A stretch of 52,245 nt of DNA, from IMG/VR virus record IMGVR_UViG_3300046009_002352, positions 1 to 52,245 of that record; one strand, given 5' to 3'. The position numbers were made by a program, and so were the translations under genes. Source of the DNA: a virus. Lineage: Duplodnaviria; Caudoviricetes. Below, piece by piece: positions 1 through 8,138 of the stretch (positions are counted from its first letter, which is position 1; every line of letters begins with the position of its first letter). Below the pieces are notes generated by a model, which saw only the letters and a list, made by a program, of their open reading frames with translations, had not been told where the DNA came from and searched no databases.

Positions 1-2
1 AA

Positions 3-137
3 TACATGCACGATTGTGGATTAAAAATCACAATAAAAAAATTAGCTGAGCATTTTGGTTGTGCAATACGAACAATTCACCGTAACATGAGCAATGAATT
101 AAAAAAAGAAAAAGAAATCCTTAATCAAGAATTATGA
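3..137 (+). CDS. 3' end of a gene with a C-terminal helix-turn-helix (partial, runs off the window)
   Basis: Frame 3 reads YMHDCGLKITIKKLAEHFGCAIRTIHRNMSNELKKEKEILNQEL*. LAEHFGCAIRTIHR is an HTH pattern. The stop overlaps the next ATG (ATGA). Confidence 0.7.
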   Translation, partial: YMHDCGLKITIKKLAEHFGCAIRTIHRNMSNELKKEKEILNQEL

Positions 138-319
138 CACCAAAATCAAAAGCAAATGAGTTAGTAGAAAAAATGGCAGTTTATCATTGGACTGATATAT
201 GTGATTACGAAGGTGCTAAACAATGTGCATTAATAGCAGTTGAAACTGTTATTTTAAATTGCTATGAAGAAGAGGAATACTATTGGCAAGAAGTAAAACA
301 AGAAATAGAAAAATTATGA
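134..319 (+). CDS. Small hypothetical phage protein (MTPK..AKQCALIAV..YWQEVKQEIEKL type)
   Basis: 61-aa ORF coupled by ATGA overlaps at both ends. Confidence 0.75.
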   Translation: MTPKSKANELVEKMAVYHWTDICDYEGAKQCALIAVETVILNCYEEEEYYWQEVKQEIEKL

Positions 320-516
320 AACAGTTTATAGTATTCTTTATAACTTGGGTAGCAAGCAATCTATCTGTTCCTTTTTGGATGCTTGGGCATGTACATTTAA
401 CCATGAATATATATGAAGATATACATGAAATAATAGCATCCTTTGGAATGAATATATTAGTTGCAATTGGATTCTGGATAGAATGGAAAAACAATATAAA
501 ACAGACAAGATTATGA
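316..516 (+). CDS. Small two-TM membrane protein
   Basis: Likely start is the ATG at 316 (ATGA overlap). MKQFIVFFITWVAS... has two hydrophobic segments. Confidence 0.65.
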   Translation: MKQFIVFFITWVASNLSVPFWMLGHVHLTMNIYEDIHEIIASFGMNILVAIGFWIEWKNNIKQTRL

Positions 517-842
517 CAGCAGTAGAATGGTTAGTAAATAAAATATTAGTTGAAGTTGATAAATGTGATGATAAAGGCAATATAATCGGAGTTGATTATT
601 GGAATGCTTATAGAAGCTGCACAAATTTGTTAGAATATGTAAACAAAGCTAAGCGACTAGAAAAGCAACAACTAATTGAAATGCACGATAAAGGTTTTGA
701 CTCTGTTCAGCAATTGAATGACGATTACGCTATTGGATTTGCAAGATTTTATAAGATGGCAAATAATAATCAATATCATTTATATCCAAATGCAAGTATA
801 GAAGAACATTTAGAAATATTTAAAAAACAAAACGGATTATGA
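513..842 (+). CDS. Hypothetical phage protein (TAVEWL N-terminus)
   Basis: Likely start is the ATG at 513 (ATGA overlap); stop overlaps the sigma factor start. Confidence 0.7.
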   Translation: MTAVEWLVNKILVEVDKCDDKGNIIGVDYWNAYRSCTNLLEYVNKAKRLEKQQLIEMHDKGFDSVQQLNDDYAIGFARFYKMANNNQYHLYPNASIEEHLEIFKKQNGL

Positions 843-1603
843 AAAGTTACAACATACAAAATTACATAAGATATAAAGAAGATCTAATGCGCGTTAATAA
901 AAACAATGTGTCTGATAACTTTAGTTCTTACTCCAGAGATGATCTGATTGCTAGATTCCTACCACTTGTAGAGAATATTGCAAAGAAGTTTTCTACAACA
1001 ACACAAGCTAGCGGCGTATTAGATATAACTGATCTTATCCAATACGGAGCGATAGGATTAGTATTAGCTGTTGATAAAATTGATTGGACCACAATAAACG
1101 ATTCTAATGACCAAGAAAAAACAATTAAGTCGTTTCTATCAAAAAGAATTAAAGGCTCCATCAGAAGAGCTATAGACATCAATCGAGGCGCTATTAAACT
1201 TCCGGAGCATAAGCTTAATGAAATACGTAAGGATAATGGCCAAGACCATAAAATGGTTGCAATGTTTTTCAATTCAATATTCTTAAGCATCGATGAACAA
1301 ATGAGCGATGACGATGATGACAATATGTTATACCAGATTCCAGATAGAACTGAAGTTTATAATATAGGATTGATGAATACATATTTGACAGGACTATTAA
1401 GAAAGCATTTAACAGATACAGAGTTTGATGTATTACGCCTTAGCTATGGATTAGACTGTGATAAACATTCTGCAAATCAAATAGCAGACTATTTAGGTAT
1501 CGAAGGAGCAAGTGCTTATGTACGAGTTTCAGAGATTAAAAAGCAGGCAATCACTAAATTAGTTGCTAACGTTGATTCCTCACAAGTCCTTGATTTCCTA
1601 TAG
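839..1603 (+). CDS. Phage RNA polymerase sigma-70 family factor
   Basis: Region 2 (DLIQYGAIGLVLAVDKID...RIKGSIRRAI, IKLPEH) and region 4 HTH (RLSYGLD..SANQIADYLGI..VRVSEIKKQAITKL). Confidence 0.9.
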   Translation: MKSYNIQNYIRYKEDLMRVNKNNVSDNFSSYSRDDLIARFLPLVENIAKKFSTTTQASGVLDITDLIQYGAIGLVLAVDKIDWTTINDSNDQEKTIKSFLSKRIKGSIRRAIDINRGAIKLPEHKLNEIRKDNGQDHKMVAMFFNSIFLSIDEQMSDDDDDNMLYQIPDRTEVYNIGLMNTYLTGLLRKHLTDTEFDVLRLSYGLDCDKHSANQIADYLGIEGASAYVRVSEIKKQAITKLVANVDSSQVLDFL

Positions 1604-1612
1604 GTTACATTA

Positions 1613-1645
1613 AAAAAATGTCTAAAAAATGTCTAAAGAATGTCT
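1613..1645 (+). repeat. Three tandem 11-bp repeats AAA(A/G)AATGTCT
   Basis: AAAAAATGTCT AAAAAATGTCT AAAGAATGTCT read directly. Confidence 0.9.
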
Positions 1646-1651
1646 AAAACA

Positions 1652-1663
1652 CGTAATTATATA
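1652..1663 (+). promoter_or_regulatory. Putative phage-sigma promoter element CGTAATTATATA
   Basis: The same (A/C)GTAATnnTA motif recurs in intergenic gaps upstream of late genes on the - strand. Confidence 0.5.
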
Positions 1664-1695
1664 AATATATAAAAGAAACAATTAAACTATATTAT

Positions 1696-2259
1696 ATGGC
1701 AAAAAAAGAAGAACAAACAATGTCTTTGCACGAGAAGTTATCTAGAATCCAAGTTGAATTTAAAGCTAACAAAAGTAAATGGAATAGCTTTGGTAAATAC
1801 AATTTTAGATCGGCAGAAGATATATTGGAAGCATTAAAACCTTTCAATGAAAAGTATGCTGTTTATTTTGTAATCAAGGAGCATGTAACTTATAATGGTT
1901 CATTACCAATTATGTTATCTAGTGCTACAATTCATGATGTTGGCGGTATTGAATCTATTGAAGCAACAGCTGTAGTAGGTGTTGACTTAGTTCAAAAAGG
2001 TATGCAAACACCTCAAGCATTTGGTTCAGCATCATCTTATGGTAAAAAGTATGCACTTGGTAATCTATTATTGATTGATGATACACAAGATCCAGATCAT
2101 GGTAAAGCAGAACCTGTAGTCAAAAAAGCAGCACTTGATGTTAAAGATGCGGCGTTTGAAAAAGCAAAAGAATTTGTAAAAGGAGGAGGATCAATTGACA
2201 CAATCAAATCTAAGTATGATTTAAGTACAGAAGCCGCAACAATCTTATCACAATTATAA
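1696..2259 (+). CDS. ERF-family single-strand annealing protein
   Basis: KLSRIQVEFK..K.NSFGKYNFRSAEDILEALKP and the ERF motif QAFGSASSYGKKYALGNLLLIDDTQDPD. Confidence 0.9.
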   Translation: MAKKEEQTMSLHEKLSRIQVEFKANKSKWNSFGKYNFRSAEDILEALKPFNEKYAVYFVIKEHVTYNGSLPIMLSSATIHDVGGIESIEATAVVGVDLVQKGMQTPQAFGSASSYGKKYALGNLLLIDDTQDPDHGKAEPVVKKAALDVKDAAFEKAKEFVKGGGSIDTIKSKYDLSTEAATILSQL

Positions 2260-2260
2260 T

Positions 2261-2998
2261 ATGACAGATGAACAAATTAAAAAAGTATTAAAACGATTAG
2301 AAAATGATGAAGATTATTATGGTGAGTTTGGAAAAAAGTTTTTATCTAACTCTGACATCAGATCACTATTAAAAGATCCATTAACATTCAAGCAACCAAT
2401 AGTTGGAAATCCTAATTTAATTAAAGGATCATACTTCCACACATTGATATTAGAGCCTGATAAATTAGATAAGATTCGTATAATTGACACAACTACACGT
2501 AATACAACTAAATACAAAGAATTTTCAAATGGTGAAATGTGTTTACTACAACACGAAGCAGATTCTTTACAGTTATTACGGGATGCAGTTATGGAAAACA
2601 ATATAACTAGAGATCTTATCCGGGACATTGATGTTGAATATGAAGTTCCAGGTTTGGTTAATATGGGTGAGTGGTTTAAACTAAAAGCAGATATAAAGAA
2701 TAATACACAATCATTGATCGTTGATTTAAAGACAACATCAGATATAGATAAATTCAAGTATTCTGCAAGAGAATATAACTATGACAGCCAAGCATATATT
2801 TATTCAACATATTTTAATATGGATATGGTATTCATCGCTGTAGACAAAAATACAAGAAAGATTGGCGTATATGATTGTTCACCACAATTCTTAGAGCGAG
2901 GTAAAGACAAGGTTGAAAGAGCAATCGATGCATACAGACTATTCTTCAAAGATGAAAATTTTGATTTAAAAAATTATTGTATAACAGAAACACTTTAA
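2261..2998 (+). CDS. PD-(D/E)XK exonuclease (RecE/exonuclease VIII-like)
   Basis: LSNSDI, GSYFHTLILEP, KLKADI..IVDLKTT, YNYDSQAYIY; located next to ERF. Confidence 0.85.
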   Translation: MTDEQIKKVLKRLENDEDYYGEFGKKFLSNSDIRSLLKDPLTFKQPIVGNPNLIKGSYFHTLILEPDKLDKIRIIDTTTRNTTKYKEFSNGEMCLLQHEADSLQLLRDAVMENNITRDLIRDIDVEYEVPGLVNMGEWFKLKADIKNNTQSLIVDLKTTSDIDKFKYSAREYNYDSQAYIYSTYFNMDMVFIAVDKNTRKIGVYDCSPQFLERGKDKVERAIDAYRLFFKDENFDLKNYCITETL

Positions 2999-3003
2999 AA
3001 ATT

Positions 3004-3177
3004 ATGAAAAAAGTAACATTAGTATTAGCGGTTTTAGGAATTATGTTTGTAGCTTGTAAACAAGAAAGCAACTTAACTAAGGATGAGGTTGTAACAGATA
3101 CAACTAAAACAGATTCAGTATCAGTTGATACAAACAGAGTTGATTCAACAACAGTAGATTCAGTAACTAATAAATAA
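3004..3177 (+). CDS. Small lipoprotein
   Basis: MKKVTLVLAVLGIMFVA-C lipobox followed by KQE and a D/S/T/V-rich tail; likely start ATG at 3004. Confidence 0.75.
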   Translation: MKKVTLVLAVLGIMFVACKQESNLTKDEVVTDTTKTDSVSVDTNRVDSTTVDSVTNK

Positions 3178-3183
3178 TTATAT

Positions 3184-3504
3184 ATGGCGAGTATTATTAA
3201 ATGTTCAATTAACTTAAATGACATTCCAAAACACAAGATCATTGATGGAAAGAAGGGAAAGTATCTTCCTATTACAATTACATTGAATGATGAGGTTGAT
3301 CAGTTTGGAAATCAAGGACCAGTAATGGTTGAGCAATCAAAAGAAGAGCGTGAATCAAAAGCTGCAAAAGTTTATCTTGGTAATGTAAAAGTTGTATGGA
3401 CAAATGGAACAAATGTTAATGCAGCTCCAAGACAAGACGGAGGGCAGCCTCAAACCGCACAACGTCAAGCAGCTCCTGCACCTGTAGATGATTTACCATT
3501 TTAA
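3184..3504 (+). CDS. Single-stranded DNA-binding protein-like
   Basis: Beta-rich core, Q/A/P linker and acidic SSB-type tail DDLPF; lies between recombination and primase genes. Confidence 0.75.
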   Translation: MASIIKCSINLNDIPKHKIIDGKKGKYLPITITLNDEVDQFGNQGPVMVEQSKEERESKAAKVYLGNVKVVWTNGTNVNAAPRQDGGQPQTAQRQAAPAPVDDLPF

Positions 3505-3555
3505 ACTTATGGATTTAAAATAAAATTAAATTTTAAACTTATAGATTTATAATAA
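3498..3555 (+). repeat. Imperfect direct repeat ATTTTAAACTTAT(G/A)GATTTA(A/T)AATAA, two copies 32 bp apart
   Basis: Copies start at 3498 and 3530. Confidence 0.8.
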
Positions 3556-3650
3556 GTGGCGTTAGGTGAGACCACTCGAGAGGTTAAGTAACATCACCTT
3601 TTATATCACTGCATGATAGCATTGTGCTAGATAACACACTTTAGTTAGTT

Positions 3651-3672
3651 AAACCCCATTCGTGGGGTTTTT
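3651..3672 (+). terminator. Intrinsic terminator
   Basis: AAACCCCA-TTCG-TGGGGTTT followed by Ts. Confidence 0.85.
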
Positions 3673-3695
3673 CTATCTATAATTAGTAATGTGCT

Positions 3696-3729
3696 TACAA
3701 TACAAACACGATAACAAAAAGATAATATA
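3696..3729 (+). promoter_or_regulatory. Putative early/middle phage promoter TACA-N5-AAYACG-N10-GATAATATA
   Basis: Same elements and spacing at 51819 and 52192; lies just after a terminator and before the primase-helicase. Confidence 0.75.
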
Positions 3730-3752
3730 AACGTAACAATTAAATTATATAG

Positions 3753-5471
3753 ATGCAAACAACAGAGATAAATGGTTTTTTGATTGACCAATTCAATCAA
3801 TACAAACTTGAAGAAGGTAAGTCTCAAGGCGTTTGTCCTTTATGCTCAGCTGATAGAAAAGGAGAACACAAAAAAGCTAAATGCGCTTCTTATGATTGGG
3901 AACGTGGTCTTGGAACTTGTCATAATTGTAATAAGTCATTTCAGTTACATACTTATCAACGTAAAGGTTCTAGCGAAAAAGTGTATGTTAAACCACCTGC
4001 TAAAGAACAAGTTGAAGAAATGCAAATAAGTGAACCTGTTGCTAACTGGTTTGCGACACGAGGTATTTCTAAAGAAACTCTTTATGAATTACAAATATCC
4101 GAGGGAAAAGAATTTATGCCTCAAACAGGTAAAGAAGAAAATGTTATTCAATTCAATTATTTTATAGGTAATGATCTTGTCAATGTAAAATACAGAGATG
4201 GCAGAAAGAACTTTAAACTTTACAAAGGGGCAGAAAAAATATTTTACAACATCAACAGCATAGTCGGTTGGGACTACTGTATATTAGTTGAGGGAGAGAT
4301 GGATGTCTTAGCTCTTACTGAAGCAGGAATAACAAACGCTATTTCAGTACCTAATGGTGCGACACTACATACAAATAATTTAGAATACCTAGATAATTGT
4401 ATTGATTATTTTGATGACAAGAATAAAATAATCATTGCTGTAGACTCAGATGAAGCTGGGCAAGCATTACAATCTGAATTAATCAGAAGGCTAGGATCTG
4501 AAACTTGTTATATAGCAACGTTTGAAGATTGTAAAGATGCAAATGAATACTTATTAAAATATGGTAAAGAAGCTTTAGCTAATAGAATAGGTAAAGCAAA
4601 ACCTGTACCATTAGAAAATGTTACAACATTTAAAGACATAGAAGATGAAATTACGGACTTTGTTAGGAATGGTTTCAAACCTGGCTTCCAAGTTGGATTA
4701 CCTAATTTCGATGATATATTCAGCACTTATACTGGGCAGTTTATTACTGTTACTGGTGTGCCTAGTTCGGGCAAGTCTGATTTCGTTGATCAAATGGTTG
4801 TAGGCTACAATAAAAACTACGGTTGGAAAACAGCTTATGCTTCACCAGAAAATTCACCGACATATTTGCATGCTCATAAGTTAATGCGTAAAGTTTGGGA
4901 AGGTATGCCTACAGAAGCAGATATTTATTCTGAAAGATGGAATCAAGTTGCGGACCACGTTAATGATAACTTTTTCTTTATTGACATGGAACGTTATACA
5001 TTGGATTCTGTTTTAAAGAAAGCTGGCGAGCTTGTTAAGCGTAAAGGAATCAAGTGTCTTGTTATAGATCCATTTAATAAAGTTAGAGACACAAATGCTG
5101 AGTCAGCCGATATCAATGCTTATACATTAGAATATCTTACTAAGATTGAGATATTTGCTAAAAAGTATGATGTTCTTGTAATGATTGTTGCGCATCCTAC
5201 TAAAATGTATAAAGGCTCAGATGGTAAGATTGAAGAACCTACCATGTATAATATTAAAGGTGGAGGTGAATGGTATGATGCTTCTTATCACGGCTTATTA
5301 GTTCACAGAGATTACGAAAACAAAACTGTTAAAGTAAAAGTACTTAAGGTTAAGTTCCAGAATCTTGGTGAGAATGGCGCAGAATGTCATTTTATTTGGG
5401 AGCCAAAGTCAGGTTGCTTTATTCCACATATACCAATAGACGCATCTAATGATCGTATGCCGTGGGAATAA
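3753..5471 (+). CDS. DNA primase-helicase (T7 gp4/Twinkle-like)
   Basis: Zn finger CPLC..CHNC, TOPRIM motifs VEGEMD, DSDEAG and CKDANE, SF4 helicase Walker A GVPSSGKS, LVIDPFN, IVAHP. Confidence 0.95.
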   Translation: MQTTEINGFLIDQFNQYKLEEGKSQGVCPLCSADRKGEHKKAKCASYDWERGLGTCHNCNKSFQLHTYQRKGSSEKVYVKPPAKEQVEEMQISEPVANWFATRGISKETLYELQISEGKEFMPQTGKEENVIQFNYFIGNDLVNVKYRDGRKNFKLYKGAEKIFYNINSIVGWDYCILVEGEMDVLALTEAGITNAISVPNGATLHTNNLEYLDNCIDYFDDKNKIIIAVDSDEAGQALQSELIRRLGSETCYIATFEDCKDANEYLLKYGKEALANRIGKAKPVPLENVTTFKDIEDEITDFVRNGFKPGFQVGLPNFDDIFSTYTGQFITVTGVPSSGKSDFVDQMVVGYNKNYGWKTAYASPENSPTYLHAHKLMRKVWEGMPTEADIYSERWNQVADHVNDNFFFIDMERYTLDSVLKKAGELVKRKGIKCLVIDPFNKVRDTNAESADINAYTLEYLTKIEIFAKKYDVLVMIVAHPTKMYKGSDGKIEEPTMYNIKGGGEWYDASYHGLLVHRDYENKTVKVKVLKVKFQNLGENGAECHFIWEPKSGCFIPHIPIDASNDRMPWE

Positions 5472-5486
5472 TAAAAATAGTAAAAT

Positions 5487-5753
5487 ATGAAATCAAGAGA
5501 ATTTAATAAATTAGCAAAAGAAGAACAGCAAAAAGAAATAGAAAAGTGTAATTCATTTGAATACTTTTATAAAAATTATTGTTGGAGAGAAGGTATGCCT
5601 GAATATTCAGAAAAAGCTTATAAAGAATACTTAGAATTTGCTGAAACAGCTAGATATATGATTGGCATAACAAACAGAAGAGGCAAGGCTATGTGTATGA
5701 GAGAGTACCCATTAACACCTGAAGAAGCGTTTAAAAATAAAAACTATGAGTAG
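5487..5753 (+). CDS. Hypothetical protein
   Basis: 88-aa ORF in operon context. Confidence 0.7.
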   Translation: MKSREFNKLAKEEQQKEIEKCNSFEYFYKNYCWREGMPEYSEKAYKEYLEFAETARYMIGITNRRGKAMCMREYPLTPEEAFKNKNYE

Positions 5754-6093
5754 TGGAAATAAAAAGAAAGGACAAATAGATATGGGTAATTATGTAGCTA
5801 AGCCTAGAGAACAAGATGCTTATGTTTGGTGCATACATAATAATATATTTATTGCGCCTAAAGCTAAAAGTTCATCTGAATGGTACCTTACTATTAACAT
5901 TAATAGTAAAGTAAGTACAAGTCCAATGGCTTATGAAAAGGTTGAAATATGGAAAGAACTTTATAAATTCTATTTATATTATTATGAAAAGTATAGTGGA
6001 GTAGAAGTTGAAAAGAAAGTTGAACCTAAAAAGTTTATAAAAGAGGAACCAATAAAACAAAAAGAAAAACAAATAATAAATACTTTATTTTAA
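5746..6093 (+). CDS. Hypothetical protein
   Basis: 115-aa ORF tightly packed upstream of the ThyA homolog. Confidence 0.7.
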   Translation: MSSGNKKKGQIDMGNYVAKPREQDAYVWCIHNNIFIAPKAKSSSEWYLTININSKVSTSPMAYEKVEIWKELYKFYLYYYEKYSGVEVEKKVEPKKFIKEEPIKQKEKQIINTLF

Positions 6094-6094
6094 T

Positions 6095-6862
6095 ATGACA
6101 AAATACGAATCACAATATAAAAATTTATTATATAGATGTTTAGGAGGCGGAGTACATCGCAAAGACAGAACAAAGGTAGGTTGCTTGTCAATATTCAATG
6201 CTAGTTTAAGAGTTGATCTTAATGATGGCTTCCCATTAATAACCGGAAGAAAAATGTTTCAAAAGACTTTTGATACGGAATTTGAATGGTTTATGCACGG
6301 CGAAACAAATATACAGAGATTCAAAGATGCTGGCGTAAAGATATGGGATGCTTGGGCCGATGAAAATGGAGATCTAGGACCAGTATATGGTTATCAAATG
6401 CGAAACTTTAACGGAGCTGGTGGTGATCAACTTAAAGCTGTAATAACAAGTTTAAGGAATGATCCAGACAGCAGAAGACATATAATATCATTATGGAATC
6501 CATTGCAGTTGCATCAAATGGCGTTACCTCCTTGCTATTTATATTTTCAATTTTTTGTAGAAGATGATAAATTAAACATGTTTGTTGTACAAAGATCCGG
6601 AGATTTGTTTTTAGGTATACCTTATGATGTAGCTTTGTTTTCAAAAATACTTTTGTATATTGCAGAAAAAACTGGATTAAAAGCAAATTATATTGATATA
6701 CAAGTTGTGGACGCTCATATTTATGACAATCAGCATAAAGCTGTAGAGGAATATCTTGCGAATGAAACTTTTCCATCTCCGAGCTATATTTACAAAAACG
6801 GAGCATTATCCCTAATAAATTACAATCACGGACCAGTAATAACGGCAAAAGTAGCCATTTAA
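6095..6862 (+). CDS. thyA: Thymidylate synthase homolog with predicted dCMP specificity (PPCY, PYD variant)
   Basis: DRT, GFPL, IWDAWADENGDLGPVYG, PDSRRHI, MALPPC, QRSGDLFLGIPYD, DAHIYDN, C-terminal AKVAI. Confidence 0.9.
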   Translation: MTKYESQYKNLLYRCLGGGVHRKDRTKVGCLSIFNASLRVDLNDGFPLITGRKMFQKTFDTEFEWFMHGETNIQRFKDAGVKIWDAWADENGDLGPVYGYQMRNFNGAGGDQLKAVITSLRNDPDSRRHIISLWNPLQLHQMALPPCYLYFQFFVEDDKLNMFVVQRSGDLFLGIPYDVALFSKILLYIAEKTGLKANYIDIQVVDAHIYDNQHKAVEEYLANETFPSPSYIYKNGALSLINYNHGPVITAKVAI

Positions 6863-6871
6863 TCTAAATAT

Positions 6872-7765
6872 ATGTATTTTATCTACCATATTCCAGGTAA
6901 AAAGATTGGCGTTACACGTAATCTTAATAAGAGAGTTGAGCTTGCACAGGGCTATATGCCTGGCGAATACGAAGTGCTAGAAATTAGCAATGACATAAAT
7001 TATGTTTCAAATCGCGAAAAGCAACTACAACAATTTTACGGTTATAAAGTTGATCGAGATTCCTACAAACAAGTAATAGACAGTAAAAATAAACTAAACA
7101 AAACAAAAACTATGAAATTAAATATCACAGAACAAACCGTAACTTTTCCATGTCCTCCAAATAAACTTAAAGGACAACTTTTAGACGCAATAGGATTAAC
7201 ATTTGAAACACAATTTGGTAAATATATATTAAACGATGAGCTAATAGATTGGATTGTACAAAACGCTACTGTGTCAATGTTTAATATCAATCGTAGTTTT
7301 GTATATAACAAAGCATTACACAACGCTTTTAATCAATTATCACAAACAGTACCTGAACCAATTAATTGGCCAACTAATCAAAATGTAAATTCATTAAATG
7401 ATATTTTTGAACGTTTTGCAGAAGCTATGCATCGGGCTGAATCAATTAAAGAAGAAGCTGATAAAGCTCCTAATGTTTATGATCGTATTAGAGAATGGGC
7501 AGATGAGCGAGGCATATACAAAAACGGTGATTCTAAAACCCAGTTTATTAAACTTCAAGAAGAGACCGGCGAACTTGCTAGAGCTATATTAAAGAAAGAT
7601 CGTGCGGAATTAATTGATGCAATTGGTGATGCAGTTGTTGTATTAACTAATCTGGCCGCATTAGAAGGATTAAAAATTGAAGACTGTGTTGAATCCGCTT
7701 ATGGCGTAATTAAATCAAGACAAGGCTCAATGGTAAATGGAACATTTGTAAAAAACACTTTATAA
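6872..7765 (+). CDS. Fusion protein: N-terminal GIY-YIG-like domain, middle domain, C-terminal MazG-like NTP pyrophosphohydrolase
   Basis: N-terminus YFIYHI..KIGVTRNLNKR...E; C-terminus IREWADERGI..QFIKLQEETGELA..LIDAIGDAVVVL..AYGVIKSRQG.MVNGTFVK. Confidence 0.8.
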   Translation: MYFIYHIPGKKIGVTRNLNKRVELAQGYMPGEYEVLEISNDINYVSNREKQLQQFYGYKVDRDSYKQVIDSKNKLNKTKTMKLNITEQTVTFPCPPNKLKGQLLDAIGLTFETQFGKYILNDELIDWIVQNATVSMFNINRSFVYNKALHNAFNQLSQTVPEPINWPTNQNVNSLNDIFERFAEAMHRAESIKEEADKAPNVYDRIREWADERGIYKNGDSKTQFIKLQEETGELARAILKKDRAELIDAIGDAVVVLTNLAALEGLKIEDCVESAYGVIKSRQGSMVNGTFVKNTL

Positions 7766-7766
7766 T

Positions 7767-8138
7767 ATGAAGCAAGAAATTAATTTTAGAGATCCAGTTG
7801 TACAGTCTGTTGTAAATAAATTTGTAGATCGTTCTGATGTTGGATATGCAAAGTATGGTAAAACATTACGTAATGATACTTCAGATATATTTGTATGGCT
7901 TAATCATTTGCAAGAAGAATTAATGGATGCAACATTATACTTACAACGATTAAAAGAAGAAATATCATCTTTGCGTGAGGAAAAAGAATTACTTAATAGT
8001 ATACATGATATTGACGTTATTGATCCGGAGTTTATAAAGCCTCCTCCTGTATGGAGAGCAAATCGCGGCGACGAAATGACTTTTACAATTGACGAAGGTG
8101 AACCATTTGGTATTTTCTATAGAACATTTAGTAAATGA
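7767..8138 (+). CDS. Putative all-alpha NTP pyrophosphatase-like protein
   Basis: RSDVGYAKYGKTL..WLNHLQEELMDATLY acidic helix motif. Confidence 0.55.
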   Translation: MKQEINFRDPVVQSVVNKFVDRSDVGYAKYGKTLRNDTSDIFVWLNHLQEELMDATLYLQRLKEEISSLREEKELLNSIHDIDVIDPEFIKPPPVWRANRGDEMTFTIDEGEPFGIFYRTFSK

